Source: Pseudomonadota bacterium (lineage in GTDB: Bacteria > Desulfobacterota > Desulfobacteria > Desulfobacterales > JBDRRP01). Taken from it: a DNA stretch of 64,000 nucleotides. Made by a program: the position numbers and the translations under genes. Positions 10,346 to 23,554 of this stretch are shown here, piece by piece; position 1 is the first letter of the stretch, and every line of letters starts with the position of its first letter. The stretch lies in contig JBDRRP010000055.1 in assembly GCA_043825735.1 (NCBI GenBank), positions 1-64,000 on the forward strand, written 5' to 3'. The notes under the pieces are model-generated. The model was not told where the DNA came from. It saw nothing but the letters and a program-made list of their open reading frames with translations, and did no database searches.

Positions 10346-11179
10346 ATGCACTCAGGCAACTTTTGGAAACGATTCATCTTCATCGCTGTGATGGTACTAT
10401 TGATCGCAGCACCGGCGACGGCCCAGAACATTCAACAGCAACTCATGGCCGAGAGCATGATTCAGAGCGTCATAAAACGCGGCGTACTTCGGGTCGGCAT
10501 GGACACCTTCGTTCCCTGGGCGATGAAAGACAAGACCGGCACGCTCATCGGGTTTGAAATCGATGTGGCCACCCGCCTTGCGGCAGACCTCGGTGTCAAA
10601 GTGGAGTTTGTCCCCACCAAATGGGCCGGCATCATCCCGGCCCTGCTGACCGGAAAGTTCGATATCGTTGTTGGCGGCATGTCCGTCACCCCGGAGCGTA
10701 ACAAGAGCATCAATTTCACCATTCCCTATTACTACACCGGCATGTCCATGGTGGCCAGCCGCAAACTCGCCGACGGCTTCACCAGCCTTGAGGATTTCAA
10801 TAAACCCGACGTGGTGCTGGCGGTGCGGATGGGCTCCACGCAGGTACTGGCCGCCAAGAAATACATGCCGAAGGCCGCCCTCAGGCAGTTTGACGGCGAG
10901 GCCCAGGCTTACCAGGAAGTCATCAACGGAAAGGCCCATGCCGCCGTCGGATCGGCGCCAACGCCGTCCTACCAGGCCATCAAATACCCTGATCAGCTGT
11001 TCCTGCCGCTGGAAGACACCTTCACCCGAGAGCCGATCGCCTTTGCAGTGCGCAAAGGCGACCCCGATTCCCTCAACTACCTGGACAACTGGATCCGTGT
11101 GGTGCAGGCCGAAGACTGGATTCAGGACAGAAAACACTACTGGTTCGGCACCCAGGATTGGAAATCGATGATGAAATAA
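10346..11179 (+). CDS. Polar amino acid ABC transporter substrate-binding protein (family 3)
   Basis: Signal peptide; GVLRVG, GFEIDVA, GKFDIVVGGMSVTPER. Confidence 0.95.
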   Translation: MHSGNFWKRFIFIAVMVLLIAAPATAQNIQQQLMAESMIQSVIKRGVLRVGMDTFVPWAMKDKTGTLIGFEIDVATRLAADLGVKVEFVPTKWAGIIPALLTGKFDIVVGGMSVTPERNKSINFTIPYYYTGMSMVASRKLADGFTSLEDFNKPDVVLAVRMGSTQVLAAKKYMPKAALRQFDGEAQAYQEVINGKAHAAVGSAPTPSYQAIKYPDQLFLPLEDTFTREPIAFAVRKGDPDSLNYLDNWIRVVQAEDWIQDRKHYWFGTQDWKSMMK

Positions 11180-11237
11180 TCAGGCTTCGCCTGATTATTG
11201 GTTAACGACACAGACACCGGGCGGAGGCCATCATTGA

Positions 11238-12140
11238 ATGAGTGATCCCGTCGCAGTCACTCAACGCAAGCGCGTGTCGGTTCTTGATCTCGTCCTCGGC
11301 GTGCTCCTCATGGCACTGGCCGGCTATGTCTACTACCGCATAGACCGGGTGATGCACTATCGTTGGGAGTGGTCGGCCATTCCTCAGTATCTCTTCCGCT
11401 ACGACGCGGATTCCGGAAAGTGGGTGCCCAACCTGCTCATGCAGGGGTTTTTCACCACTATCCGCTTGAGCTTGTGGAGCACACTGCTGGCCATGGTCTT
11501 CGGCACCGCCATGGGGCTTTGTCGGGTGAGCCGAAGCCTTTTTCTGCGCTTGACGGGCCGCGCATATGTGGAATCCATCCGCAACCTGCCGCCGCTGGTG
11601 CTCATTTTCATCTTTTACTTCTTTGTCAGCGACCAGATCATGCCGATACTGGGGATACCGGACGCCGTGGCCGGGCTTTCCGAAAGCCAGCAGCGCGTGC
11701 TCACGGTGCTGCTGGCGCCGCCCAACCAGGTGCCGGCTTTCTTGTCCGCCCTTCTGACGCTGGTGATTTTTGAAGGCGCCTACATCACGGAAATCGTACG
11801 CGCCGGCATTGAGTCTATCGGCATCGGCCAGTGGGAAGCCTCAAATGCCCTGGGATTCACCCGCTGGCAGCAGATGCGATATATCATTTTGCCCCGGGCC
11901 TTCCAGCGGAGCCTTCCCCCCCTGGCCGGTCAGTTCATCTCCACGATAAAGGACTCTGCCATCGTTTCGGTCATCTCCATCCAGGAATTGACGTTCCAGG
12001 GGATGGAAATCATGAGCGCCACCTATCTCACCTTCGAGATATGGATCACCATCACCCTCATGTATCTGGCCCTCACCCTGCCCTGCTCATTGGCGATCCA
12101 AAAACTGGAAGTGATCATGCGTACGGAGAAAATCGGTTAA
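11238..12140 (+). CDS. Polar amino acid ABC transporter permease
   Basis: RNLPPLVLIF, EIVRAGI...GQWEAS, IKDSAIVS. Confidence 0.95.
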   Translation: MSDPVAVTQRKRVSVLDLVLGVLLMALAGYVYYRIDRVMHYRWEWSAIPQYLFRYDADSGKWVPNLLMQGFFTTIRLSLWSTLLAMVFGTAMGLCRVSRSLFLRLTGRAYVESIRNLPPLVLIFIFYFFVSDQIMPILGIPDAVAGLSESQQRVLTVLLAPPNQVPAFLSALLTLVIFEGAYITEIVRAGIESIGIGQWEASNALGFTRWQQMRYIILPRAFQRSLPPLAGQFISTIKDSAIVSVISIQELTFQGMEIMSATYLTFEIWITITLMYLALTLPCSLAIQKLEVIMRTEKIG

Positions 12141-12166
12141 ACTCAGAGGACCGGAACACCGAAAAC

Positions 12167-12634
12167 CAACTGCTAAGATGTTTTGGCAAGGGTGGTACAG
12201 ATAACTCAGATGGACGGCTGTTGGCCAAACACCAACTGCAAAGACTTAGTTGGCACGGATTACACGGATTACACGGATTAAAAACAAATGGGTGGGCGGC
12301 CTACGGCCGAAAAACAACTGCAGAGGCAAATGAACCACAGATTACGCAGATAACGCAGATGGCGGCCTCCGGCCGGGAGTTGCCAGAGGGCGGAGGTCAC
12401 GCCGTCTCTAAAGCTATGATGGTTTTCTTCGTGTGCTTCGTGAACTTCGTGGTTCACACTCATCATTGATAAAGAAACCGGCATTGAAGTGTTTTTGCCA
12501 TCTGGTTTTCTCTGCGTCCCTGCGCCTCTGCGCGAGAAAGCGGTTTAAATTTTTGGGTCTTCTCCAATTTAGTTGGAGAAAATTGGCTGTTTTCTTTGTT
12601 GCTTTTCACTCGACCCCTTGGACCCTTGGACCCT
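12167..12634. repeat. Cluster of short tandem-triad repeat elements of several families
   Basis: (CACGGATTA)x3 12254-12280; CCACAGATTACGCAGATAACGCAGAT 12335-12360; CTTCGTG triad 12427-12454; CTCTGCG triad 12510-12537; CCCTTGGA-type triad 12608-12634. Confidence 0.85.
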
Positions 12635-12739
12635 ATCCATCGACCAACTCTTTGGGAGATGATCCAAATTTTTAAACACCCATCAACCGCCCCACACCAC
12701 GGCCTATTGACGCGGAGCGTGTTCCAGGGGTAAAAAGGT

Positions 12740-12755
12740 CTAACGTTAACGTTAG
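12740..12755. promoter_or_regulatory. Candidate LiuR-type operator just downstream of a sigma70-like promoter
   Basis: Perfect 16-bp palindrome CTAACGTTAACGTTAG; TTGACG (12707) - 18 bp - TAAAAA (12731) just upstream. Confidence 0.7.
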
Positions 12756-12769
12756 CTTTGAGGAATGCC

Positions 12770-13183
12770 ATGACTTCTCCATCGACCCCCGAATTCGCCA
12801 TTTCCAAGCTCGCCGAAGAGCTGGATATCAGCACCCGCACCATCCGTTTCTACGAGGAAAAGGGTCTCATCCGGCCGGCCCGCACCAAAGGCAACCAGCG
12901 GATTTACAGCAAGCGCGACCGCACCCGGCTCAAACTGATTCTCCGTGGGCGGCGCTTCGGGTATTCCCTTGATGAGATATCGGAGATGATCGGTTTGAGC
13001 GACGTCGACATGGACGAGGTGGCGCAGATCCAAAAAAGCCTCGACTACGGCGCGCGCAAACTCGCCGATATCAGCCAGCGCATTGAAGAGCTGCAACTGC
13101 TCGAGCGCGATATGCTGGACATGAAGGAGCGCCTGGTCCAGCGCCTGGAAGCGCTGGAAGGCCGCACGGCGAAACCTTCGTGA
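12770..13183 (+). CDS. MerR-family transcriptional regulator, LiuR-like
   Basis: ISKLAEELDISTRTIRFYEEKGLI, RIYSKRDRTRLKLILRGRRFGYSLDEI; GAGGA RBS before ATG 12770. Confidence 0.9.
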   Translation: MTSPSTPEFAISKLAEELDISTRTIRFYEEKGLIRPARTKGNQRIYSKRDRTRLKLILRGRRFGYSLDEISEMIGLSDVDMDEVAQIQKSLDYGARKLADISQRIEELQLLERDMLDMKERLVQRLEALEGRTAKPS

Positions 13184-13981
13184 ATATCGTCCGTTGCCAG
13201 CGGTTCGGGCCGGTGACGGCCTGGGAGTTTGGTTTCGCCCCGGTGGGCCGTCCTGTAATGACGGTCTATTGCTACCGGATCGGCAGCCTGCTCGTGGACA
13301 CGGCCCAGCGGCACATGCGCCGGGCGGTCATGGACGTCGTCCACCCCGAGACACTTTCGGCCATCGCACTCACCCACCACCACGAAGACCACAGCGGCAA
13401 CGCCGCCGCCATTGCCGCAACCGGCGCAGTGCCGGTCTTCGCCCATGCATACGCAGTGGAAAAGTTAGGCGCTGGCTACCGGATCCGCCCCTACCAACAT
13501 ATCATCTGGGGCAAAGCGGCACCGTTGACGGTTTCTCCCTTGCCGCCGGTACTAGAAGATGGCCGCTTCCGTCTCACGCCGATCCACACGCCGGGCCACA
13601 GTCGGGACCACACCGTCTTTTTCGACGCCGGGAACGGATGGCTCTTTTCCGGAGATCTGTTTCTGGGTGAGCGGATCAAGTTCTTCCGCGCCGACGAGAA
13701 ACTGCTTGAGCAGATCCGATCCATCCGAGGTATCCTCGATCTGAATTTTGACGCCCTTTTTTGTGCCCACCATCCGATGCCCATCGGCGGCAAGGCCGCG
13801 CTGAGGCGAAAGCTTCAATTTCTTGAGGATTGCTACGGCGAAGTGGAAAAACTGGTGCGCCGGGGCATGGGCGAATCCGACATCATCTGTCGTCTGGACC
13901 CCGGCCTGGACCGCCTCGCCCGGTGGATCACCCTTGGAAACGTGAGCTACGCCAACCTGCTGCGCTCGGCATATGGGTCCA

Positions 13982-16936
<2,955 letters not shown>

Positions 16937-16966
16937 AATGAGTGCTCCAATACAATAGGAGATATT

Positions 16967-17081
16967 AACCACGAAGGACACGAAGATCACGAAGTGTTTC
17001 ATGTCTAAAACGGCGCGGCCGAGCCGTCTTGAGAACACCACCCATTTAGGTTTCTTCGTGTGCTTCGTGTCCTTCGTGGTT
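16967..17081. repeat. Inverted pair of 9-nt-period CACGAAG triads
   Basis: AACCACGAAGGACACGAAGATCACGAAG (16967-16994) and its near-exact reverse complement (17054-17081), 2 mismatches. Confidence 0.9.
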
Positions 17082-17093
17082 CAAACAACCGGC

Positions 17094-17864
17094 TTACTTG
17101 ATGCCGCGATCCTTTTTGATGTGTTCCCAGGCTTCCTGGATCTCACGGAACTTTTCCTCGGCAAACTGGGTGAATTCCTCGGGCAGGCCTTTGGAAGCGA
17201 TTTTGTCGGGGTGAAACTCGGCCACCTTTTTCCGGTACAGGCTTTTGAGAGTGTCGGCCGTATCGGACGGTGAAGCGCCCAGGATGGCATAATGCTTGTC
17301 GGCCTCGGGCCGTGAGTCATTGGCGTAGCGTGATGTGAACTGGCGGTACTGGGCTTCGGAAAACTGAAAAATGGTTGCAGCATTGCGAATCAAATGCTCT
17401 TCGGCGGAGCTCATGACCCCGTCGGCCAGAGCAACCCGCAGCAGGATATCGATGAGCAGATCCAGAAGCTGGGGCTGCCCTCTGAAATTGATGTAAAACT
17501 GCTGGGCAAAGGCCTCGAACGTGTCCCCGGAACGCCCTGCCGCATCGAAGATCTCCATGGCCACGCGCCGGCTCTGGGGGTCCAGCTTGAGGTCGTGGTG
17601 CATGAAGTTTTCCACCGAGCGGATTTCCTCCGGGGACACCTGTCCGTCCACCCGGGCCAGTTTGCCCAGCATCGAAAAAGCCGCCACGAAAAAGGTGAAC
17701 TGCGCCGCCTCACCGGACTGGGGGCGCGCCGCGGTCCCCTCTCCCAGGTACTTTTGGTCATTGAGGTCGAAGGCATGACCGAACACCGCGCCGGCCACCG
17801 CACCGAGGGGGCCGCCCAGGGCAAAGCCGATAGTGCCACCGACAATCTTTCCCAGTAATCCCAT
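17094..17864 (-). CDS. djlA: Co-chaperone DjlA (TerB-like + J domain)
   Basis: N-terminal GKIVGGTIG...GAVFGH membrane anchor, GKLARVDGQVS, C-terminal J domain with HPD. Confidence 0.9.
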   Translation of the reverse strand: MGLLGKIVGGTIGFALGGPLGAVAGAVFGHAFDLNDQKYLGEGTAARPQSGEAAQFTFFVAAFSMLGKLARVDGQVSPEEIRSVENFMHHDLKLDPQSRRVAMEIFDAAGRSGDTFEAFAQQFYINFRGQPQLLDLLIDILLRVALADGVMSSAEEHLIRNAATIFQFSEAQYRQFTSRYANDSRPEADKHYAILGASPSDTADTLKSLYRKKVAEFHPDKIASKGLPEEFTQFAEEKFREIQEAWEHIKKDRGIK

Positions 17865-17927
17865 AATGTTACTCTCCAGTCTTTCCGTCCTGCAGGGCTT
17901 TTTGATAAACCGGTTCGGCGCAGGGTC

Positions 17928-18125
17928 TCATAAATCCGGGTTCTCCCGCTGCCACTGGATCTGTTCGTTGATCTCGTACAATATGAAATACCGTTTGAGG
18001 GTGCGGGCGATCTCCGCCTGGGTCGGCGCCCATCCGCTCACCTCCCCGACGAACCGCTCGATGAGCGCGATGGCCTCGACGATGCAGGGTTCGACATTTT
18101 TTTCCACCGTTTCGCCGTCGTTCAT
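17928..18125 (-). CDS. Small hypothetical protein
   Basis: GAGG RBS before ATG 18125; co-oriented with neighbours; protein-like composition (PTQAEIARTLKRYFILYEI). Confidence 0.7.
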   Translation of the reverse strand: MNDGETVEKNVEPCIVEAIALIERFVGEVSGWAPTQAEIARTLKRYFILYEINEQIQWQRENPDL

Positions 18126-18178
18126 AATAGGCCTCAAAACATCATTCGTTGCCGGACCGATGGCATGAGCGCGCCGAT

Positions 18179-18616
18179 TCAGCCCATGGGGGGCTGCTGC
18201 CCGCCAGCCTGATTGCGCCGTGAGACCCTCCGCAGGGCTGCGGCGACAATCACGAACAAAAACAGCAAACCGGCGGTCATTCCCATACTCGTGCTGTGAA
18301 TGTACCAGAAGCTGTCGATTTCGACATCGGCCATATTTTCGGGATCGTAGCGCACCGGCAGCACCTGACCGAGTTGTAATTGAGAGAAAAGCACCAGGTT
18401 TGCAACAGTTTTGTGCATGTTCCCGTCAACATCAATCGCCAAAACGGCTTTTCTCGTTCGCGGCCCCACATCGATAGCGATCACCGTCGCGCTCGCCACC
18501 GTGTAACGGGCGATGTTTACCGATTCCTGACGGTAGATGGCGCTGATCGTCACCAGCAGCATCAGGGCGGTGATTACAGCAAATGAGCGGCGCACATGAT
18601 CGCGGTGGTCATTCAT
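18179..18616 (-). CDS. Two-TM membrane protein, DUF3592-like
   Basis: TM - beta-rich region with LGQVLPVRYDPEN - TM. Confidence 0.6.
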   Translation of the reverse strand: MNDHRDHVRRSFAVITALMLLVTISAIYRQESVNIARYTVASATVIAIDVGPRTRKAVLAIDVDGNMHKTVANLVLFSQLQLGQVLPVRYDPENMADVEIDSFWYIHSTSMGMTAGLLFLFVIVAAALRRVSRRNQAGGQQPPMG

Positions 18617-18649
18617 TGAATTTGATGTTTGTGGCCAAGAACCGCCCTG

Positions 18650-19435
18650 TCAGATGCGCAGTTCAAGGCCCACCGGGCAATGGTCGCTGCCCATGATGGC
18701 GTTGTCGATAAAGGCGCCGGTGACCAGACCGTCGGCGATCATGTTTTCGGAAACAAAAAAATAGTCGATGCGCCAGCCGACGTCCCTGGCACGGGCGTTG
18801 AATCGGTAAGTCCACCACGAGTAGCGCACCGTGTCGGGATAAAAATGTCGGAAGGTGTCCACCCACCCGTCGGCGATGATCCGATCGATCCAGTCCCGTT
18901 CGATGCGCATGAATCCGGAGGTGTTTTCGTTGGCCTTGGGGTTTTTCAGATCGATCTCGTTGTGGGCGGTGTTGTAGTCGCCGGTAACCACCACGTATCG
19001 GCCCGCTTCCTTGAGTTTGTTCGCATGGGCAAAAAAGTCCCTGTAAAAATCAAGCTTGTAGGCGAGCCGCTCCGGGCCCATCTGGCCGTTGGGAAAATAG
19101 ACGTTGAACAGCACAAAGCTGCCGAAATCGATTTCGAGGATCCGCCCCTCATCGTCGTAGGCCGGTATTCCGATGCCCGTGGCAACCCGTGCGGGCGCGC
19201 TGCGGGCGTACACGGCTGTTCCACTGTAGCCCTTTTTGACGGTGGAATAGGACCAGTAGGCGTTGTAGCCGGGCAGGTCTTTCATCTGCGAGGTCAGCTT
19301 CACCTCCTGGAGTTTGGTCTCCTGAAGCGCCAGAATATCGGGAGCCAGCTGCGCAACGGACTCCAAAAACCCCTTTTTCATGGCCGCGTTCAGCCCATTC
19401 ACGTTCCAGGATATCAGTCGGAGGGTGTTGCCCAT
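18650..19435 (-). CDS. xth: Exodeoxyribonuclease III / AP endonuclease
   Basis: ISWNVNG, LQETK, GYSGTA, NVYFPNG, GDYNTAH, GWRIDYF, SDHCPV. Confidence 0.96.
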   Translation of the reverse strand: MGNTLRLISWNVNGLNAAMKKGFLESVAQLAPDILALQETKLQEVKLTSQMKDLPGYNAYWSYSTVKKGYSGTAVYARSAPARVATGIGIPAYDDEGRILEIDFGSFVLFNVYFPNGQMGPERLAYKLDFYRDFFAHANKLKEAGRYVVVTGDYNTAHNEIDLKNPKANENTSGFMRIERDWIDRIIADGWVDTFRHFYPDTVRYSWWTYRFNARARDVGWRIDYFFVSENMIADGLVTGAFIDNAIMGSDHCPVGLELRI

Positions 19436-19647
19436 GTCACTATGGCTCCAATTGTGTTCATTGGGTGCTCGAGTCTTCGGAAAACAGCAGACCGATATGG
19501 CTGACATCGGCGCATGGGAAATGCCTCTTCCGGGGGACCCGGAACCGCCGGGAAAAAAGAAGGCGGGGCCGCCTGCGGAGGCTTCCCGCGGGCAGTCCCG
19601 CCGAATCAATCAATTCGCCGAAACGGGTGTTGAAACCGCAACGGTAT

Positions 19648-20100
19648 TTATTTGGGATGGCAGCCGACACATCCGGTGGGGCCGGTCTTGGCCATGGCGC
19701 CCGACACCGGCAGCGCGCTCATCTCGATACGCCTGTTTTTAGACTTCATCTCCTTGTGGCACCCGATACAGGCCTTGTGGTAAGCGTTCTTGAAGTAGAG
19801 GATCGACTCCGCCTTGTCTGGCGGGTTTTCGGCAAGGTCATGGCAGCCGGATGTGGTGCAGCTCAGCGTCTCGGTATCCGCACCTGACCACTCATGGTGG
19901 CAGGTCTTGCAGTTGATGTCGAAATGGGTGGAATGCGGAAACGACACCGCGGTGCGGGTGGCTGCCACATCGCCGGGGGGCATCAGATCAATGGTGCCCA
20001 GTGGGACGACCAGTTCTTCATCGGCGGCGACACCGGTAATGAAAATCGCCAGGACCAGAAGCATCCCGATCAATCCCATCTGCAGGAACTTGCCTTTCAT
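19648..20100 (-). CDS. Tetraheme cytochrome c3 (class III)
   Basis: Signal peptide; FPHSTH; CKTCHH, CTTSGCH, CIGCH, CVGCH heme motifs; GAGGAG RBS. Confidence 0.93.
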   Translation of the reverse strand: MKGKFLQMGLIGMLLVLAIFITGVAADEELVVPLGTIDLMPPGDVAATRTAVSFPHSTHFDINCKTCHHEWSGADTETLSCTTSGCHDLAENPPDKAESILYFKNAYHKACIGCHKEMKSKNRRIEMSALPVSGAMAKTGPTGCVGCHPK

Positions 20101-20293
20101 GTATCCCCTCCTCATCTCTCGGTCGGTGTGATGATGTCAGTCGGCTGGACAGCAGTACGGGGCGGAGCCCCTTGCGCAATACAACGCAGACGTCATATCG
20201 AAAATCGGGTTCCCGTGCAAGGCAAAATGGAGGAACACTTGTTATGGCCATTGTCATAAATGCGTTCCGTTTGCACAACAACTCCGGGTGAAC

Positions 20294-20357
20294 ATCGCTA
20301 TCGGTATCGGTATCGACCTTGGAAAAGATCGATTTCGATCCCGATTCCGATCCCGAC
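20294..20357. repeat. Inverted pair of hexamer (ATCGNN / NNCGAT) arrays
   Basis: ATCGCT ATCGGT ATCGGT ATCGAC ... ATCGAT TTCGAT CCCGAT TCCGAT CCCGAC. Confidence 0.8.
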
Positions 20358-20431
20358 AGGATCTTGTCGATGAAACGGAACATTCTGCTGACAAGCGCTC
20401 TAACAGGCCACCAACGGTATGCGCTGTGGGG

Positions 20432-21040
20432 TCATTTCCCTTCCGGACTGGGGTCAACGATAAACTGAAGCCGGAGGGGGCCGTGATCGGCAGGGGTCTC
20501 TTCCTGGGTCATGAGGCGACCGTCATAGCGGACCCGTGACAGGATATGCCCGTTTTCGCCGCAGTCGGAAAACTCGAATACCAAAAGCGACGAATCAAAC
20601 GGGGCGGCCAGATTCGCGCGGTAGATGGTGTAGCCCTGGTAGTACTCACCGTGAAAGACGATCACTCGCTGCGCTCGTGCCGGTGGCATGGGTTTGACGC
20701 CCTTGATGCGCACGTCCACCTTTTGCAGGTTCACCGCCACCTCGGCGTCATCCACGGTAAAACGGGCGTTGTCGATGAACTCACGGGATTTTTGCGGGTC
20801 GGCGAGGATCGGCCCCCGGTAGTGGTGATCAGCTTCGATCACCTGGGTCCAGTGGGCCACACCGAAGATTTTCCGCATGGCTCGCCGGTTGGTGTACCAG
20901 ATCTTTTCCAGGCTCTTTTTCCAATAGTAGCCGAAAAACCGGGGGCAGGTTTTTTCCAACTGGATCATCTGATCCGGCGTGATGATGCCGATGTACAGGT
21001 TCAGGCCGGATCCGTAGATTTCAATGCTCAGTTCAGTCAT
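20432..21040 (-). CDS. Hypothetical protein
   Basis: 202-aa ORF with ATGA overlap to the upstream M48 gene and GGAGG RBS; no motif recognised. Confidence 0.7.
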   Translation of the reverse strand: MTELSIEIYGSGLNLYIGIITPDQMIQLEKTCPRFFGYYWKKSLEKIWYTNRRAMRKIFGVAHWTQVIEADHHYRGPILADPQKSREFIDNARFTVDDAEVAVNLQKVDVRIKGVKPMPPARAQRVIVFHGEYYQGYTIYRANLAAPFDSSLLVFEFSDCGENGHILSRVRYDGRLMTQEETPADHGPLRLQFIVDPSPEGK

Positions 21041-22296
21041 GAGGCCCCTCCCGGGGCGGCGCCCAGCGCCTCGAGGGCATGGATGCGCGCCACCACCGGC
21101 GGATGAGATGCGGTCAGAAATACATGCAGCGGATGGGGGGTCGGATTGCCCATATTGTCTGCGGTCAGCCGCTTGAGTGCCTGGACCATGGGGGCCGGGT
21201 CTCCATCCATGGCCGCCACGGCAAACCGGTCGGCCTCGTATTCGTGCCTGCGGCTGGCGGCCAGCGCCCCCAGGCCGATGAAAAAATCGATGGGCATAAA
21301 CAGGGCTCCAAAAAAGACGAGGCCGGCATGGATGCTGGGTGCCGGCATATAGAACGCCTCAAACAGCCGGGGGTCCCAAAGAAACCGCGAAAGGAAAAAG
21401 AGCATCACCCCGGTTTGCAGTACGCTTAACGCCATCATGCGGCGGATATGGTGGCGCTTGTAGTGGCCCATCTCGTGCGCCAGCACGGCCACCAGTTCAT
21501 TAATGTTATGGCCGGCGATGAGGGTATCGAACAGCGCAATGCGCTTGTTTTTGCCGAAACCGGCGAAAAAGGCGTTGCTCTTGGTAGAGCGCCGGGAGCC
21601 GTCCATGACCAGCACGTTGGTGAGAGGAAAGCCGATTTTCCGGGCCATGGCGAAAATGGCATCCCGCAGAGCCCCTTCGGCCAGCGGTTCATAGGTGTTG
21701 AACAGCGGCATAATCAAGGTTGGGGCCAGATACTGGATGAACAGCATGAACGCGGTCACCACGGCCCAGGTGATCCACCAGGCGTCCGTTCCAACGCGGT
21801 GGAAAAAATACAGCACCACTGCCAGCAGCGGCCCGCCCAGCGCAACGGCCAGAAGCGTCCCCTTGATGCGGTCGGCCACAAAGGTGCCTACGGTGGACCG
21901 ATTGAACCCGAACCGGTTTTCGATGCCAAAGGTGTGAATCAGATCGAAAGGCAGCATCACGATCGATCGCACCGCCAGCAGTGCGCCGATGAACCCCAGG
22001 CCGCTCACGATCCACGGCCAGTCGAACCCCCTGATAAGGCTGTCCAGCCAGGCAAACCCCTGGCCGAACCACAGGGTGAGAAACAGGATCAGATCCACGC
22101 CCGACCGGCACCACCCCAGGCGGGTATTGGCCGCAAGATAGTCCCTGGACCGGCGGTAGCGCTCCGGGGAAATCGTTTCCGCGAACGCTTCGGGGACGGC
22201 TTGCGGCGCGCTCCCGATATTGAGCAGATCTGCCACGGTGCTCAGGATGAATTCAGCCGCCAGGGCCAGTATGATGATTATCGCAAATGTATTCAT
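21037..22296 (-). CDS. M48 family (Ste24/CAAX prenyl protease-like) metalloprotease
   Basis: Multiple TMs, DGSRRSTKSNAFF, HEMGH, EYEAD, SHPP; start uncertain. Confidence 0.93.
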   Translation of the reverse strand: MNTFAIIIILALAAEFILSTVADLLNIGSAPQAVPEAFAETISPERYRRSRDYLAANTRLGWCRSGVDLILFLTLWFGQGFAWLDSLIRGFDWPWIVSGLGFIGALLAVRSIVMLPFDLIHTFGIENRFGFNRSTVGTFVADRIKGTLLAVALGGPLLAVVLYFFHRVGTDAWWITWAVVTAFMLFIQYLAPTLIMPLFNTYEPLAEGALRDAIFAMARKIGFPLTNVLVMDGSRRSTKSNAFFAGFGKNKRIALFDTLIAGHNINELVAVLAHEMGHYKRHHIRRMMALSVLQTGVMLFFLSRFLWDPRLFEAFYMPAPSIHAGLVFFGALFMPIDFFIGLGALAASRRHEYEADRFAVAAMDGDPAPMVQALKRLTADNMGNPTPHPLHVFLTASHPPVVARIHALEALGAAPGGAS

Positions 22297-22474
22297 AGCG
22301 TTATGCAGCACCCGAACGGCATCAGCGGGCAAGGCCGCCACCGGGTGGCATCAAGGCCCTTGATCTCCGGAAAGTGTGGGTTTATGTAATCGACCAGTGC
22401 ATTGGCATCCGGCACGCCGGATTGTCATGTTGCCTTTTTTCAATGCTGGATTCAAGACGAAAGGGAGCTGACGC

Positions 22475-23554
22475 GTGCAGCAGACAGAAAAACAGGTTCT
22501 GGTCATCGGTGGCGGCGTTGCCGGTCTGGCCGCGGCCCACGCGCTCGCTCGCGGTCCGGTAACGGTCGATCTGATCGAACAAGCGGCATTTTTAGGAGGC
22601 CATGCCATTGAATATGCCTGCAAGGCCACCGATGCCTGCGTCAAATGCGGTGCCTGCCTGGCAGCGTCGGCACTCACCAGGGTTGCTGGCAACGGCAATA
22701 TCCGCCAGTGGCTGGGCACACGGATCACATCCGTTGACCGGGCGGACCGGTTCACGGTTACCGTGGAACCCGCTGCCGCGGATTCACCCGTCGCTGCAGA
22801 AACGATCATGGCCGACGCCGTGGTCGTCGCCACCGGATTTTCCCCCTATGCCCCATCGCAAAAACCGTATGGCTGGGGCCGCTTTGACAACGTGGTGACC
22901 AACCTTGAACTGGAGCGCGTGCTGCGGACCCATGGCAAGGCCCTTCGGCCCTCGGATCAGGCGCCGGCATCAAAAATCGCCTTTATTCAATGTGTCGGCA
23001 GCCGCGACGGCAAACTGGGGCACCTGTGGTGCTCAAGAATCTGCTGCGGCTCGGCGCTGCGTATGGCACGGCTGATCCAGGCGCGCCAACCCGATACCGA
23101 CATCGCCTTCTTCTACATCGATGTGCAGACCTTCGGAAAAGATTTTCAAACCGTATACGACGATGCCCGAAAAGCCGTGCGCATGGTACGCATCATCCCC
23201 GGTGACGTCATCCCGCTACCCGAGGGCGGGCTCAGAATCGGATATTTCGACCCGGTCCTGAACCAGGGCGTCGACGAAGCCTTTGACCTGGTGGTCCTGT
23301 CCATCGCCATGCTGCCGGGTGCCGATGCCCCGCGGATCGGCGCACTGCTGGGTCTGGCGCATGCGGCCACCGGATTTTTCAACCCTGCGGCCGATGCGGG
23401 CGCCACGTCCCCGCCGGGGGTTTTTACCGCCGGAGCGGCCACCGGCCCCATGAGCATCGCCGAGGCCATCACCAGCGCCGAGCAGACCGCCTGGCAGGTG
23501 CAGGGTTATCTTGGCCACACCGAATCTCAACACAATCCGGGACCTATCGAATGA
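22475..23554 (+). CDS. Short HdrA/QmoA-like flavoprotein
   Basis: VIGGGVAG, CKATDACVKCGAC, VVATG, IQCVGSRD, WCSRICC, DLVVLS, GVFTAG. Confidence 0.88.
   Translation: MQQTEKQVLVIGGGVAGLAAAHALARGPVTVDLIEQAAFLGGHAIEYACKATDACVKCGACLAASALTRVAGNGNIRQWLGTRITSVDRADRFTVTVEPAAADSPVAAETIMADAVVVATGFSPYAPSQKPYGWGRFDNVVTNLELERVLRTHGKALRPSDQAPASKIAFIQCVGSRDGKLGHLWCSRICCGSALRMARLIQARQPDTDIAFFYIDVQTFGKDFQTVYDDARKAVRMVRIIPGDVIPLPEGGLRIGYFDPVLNQGVDEAFDLVVLSIAMLPGADAPRIGALLGLAHAATGFFNPAADAGATSPPGVFTAGAATGPMSIAEAITSAEQTAWQVQGYLGHTESQHNPGPIE

Noticed and set aside
12167..12634. CRISPR array
   Set aside because: No identical 25-40-bp repeats with regular unique spacers; no cas genes
16937..17041. N-terminal extension of UvrA in the ORF track
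   Set aside because: Runs through the CACGAAG repeat arm; a GTG with GGAG RBS lies at 16936
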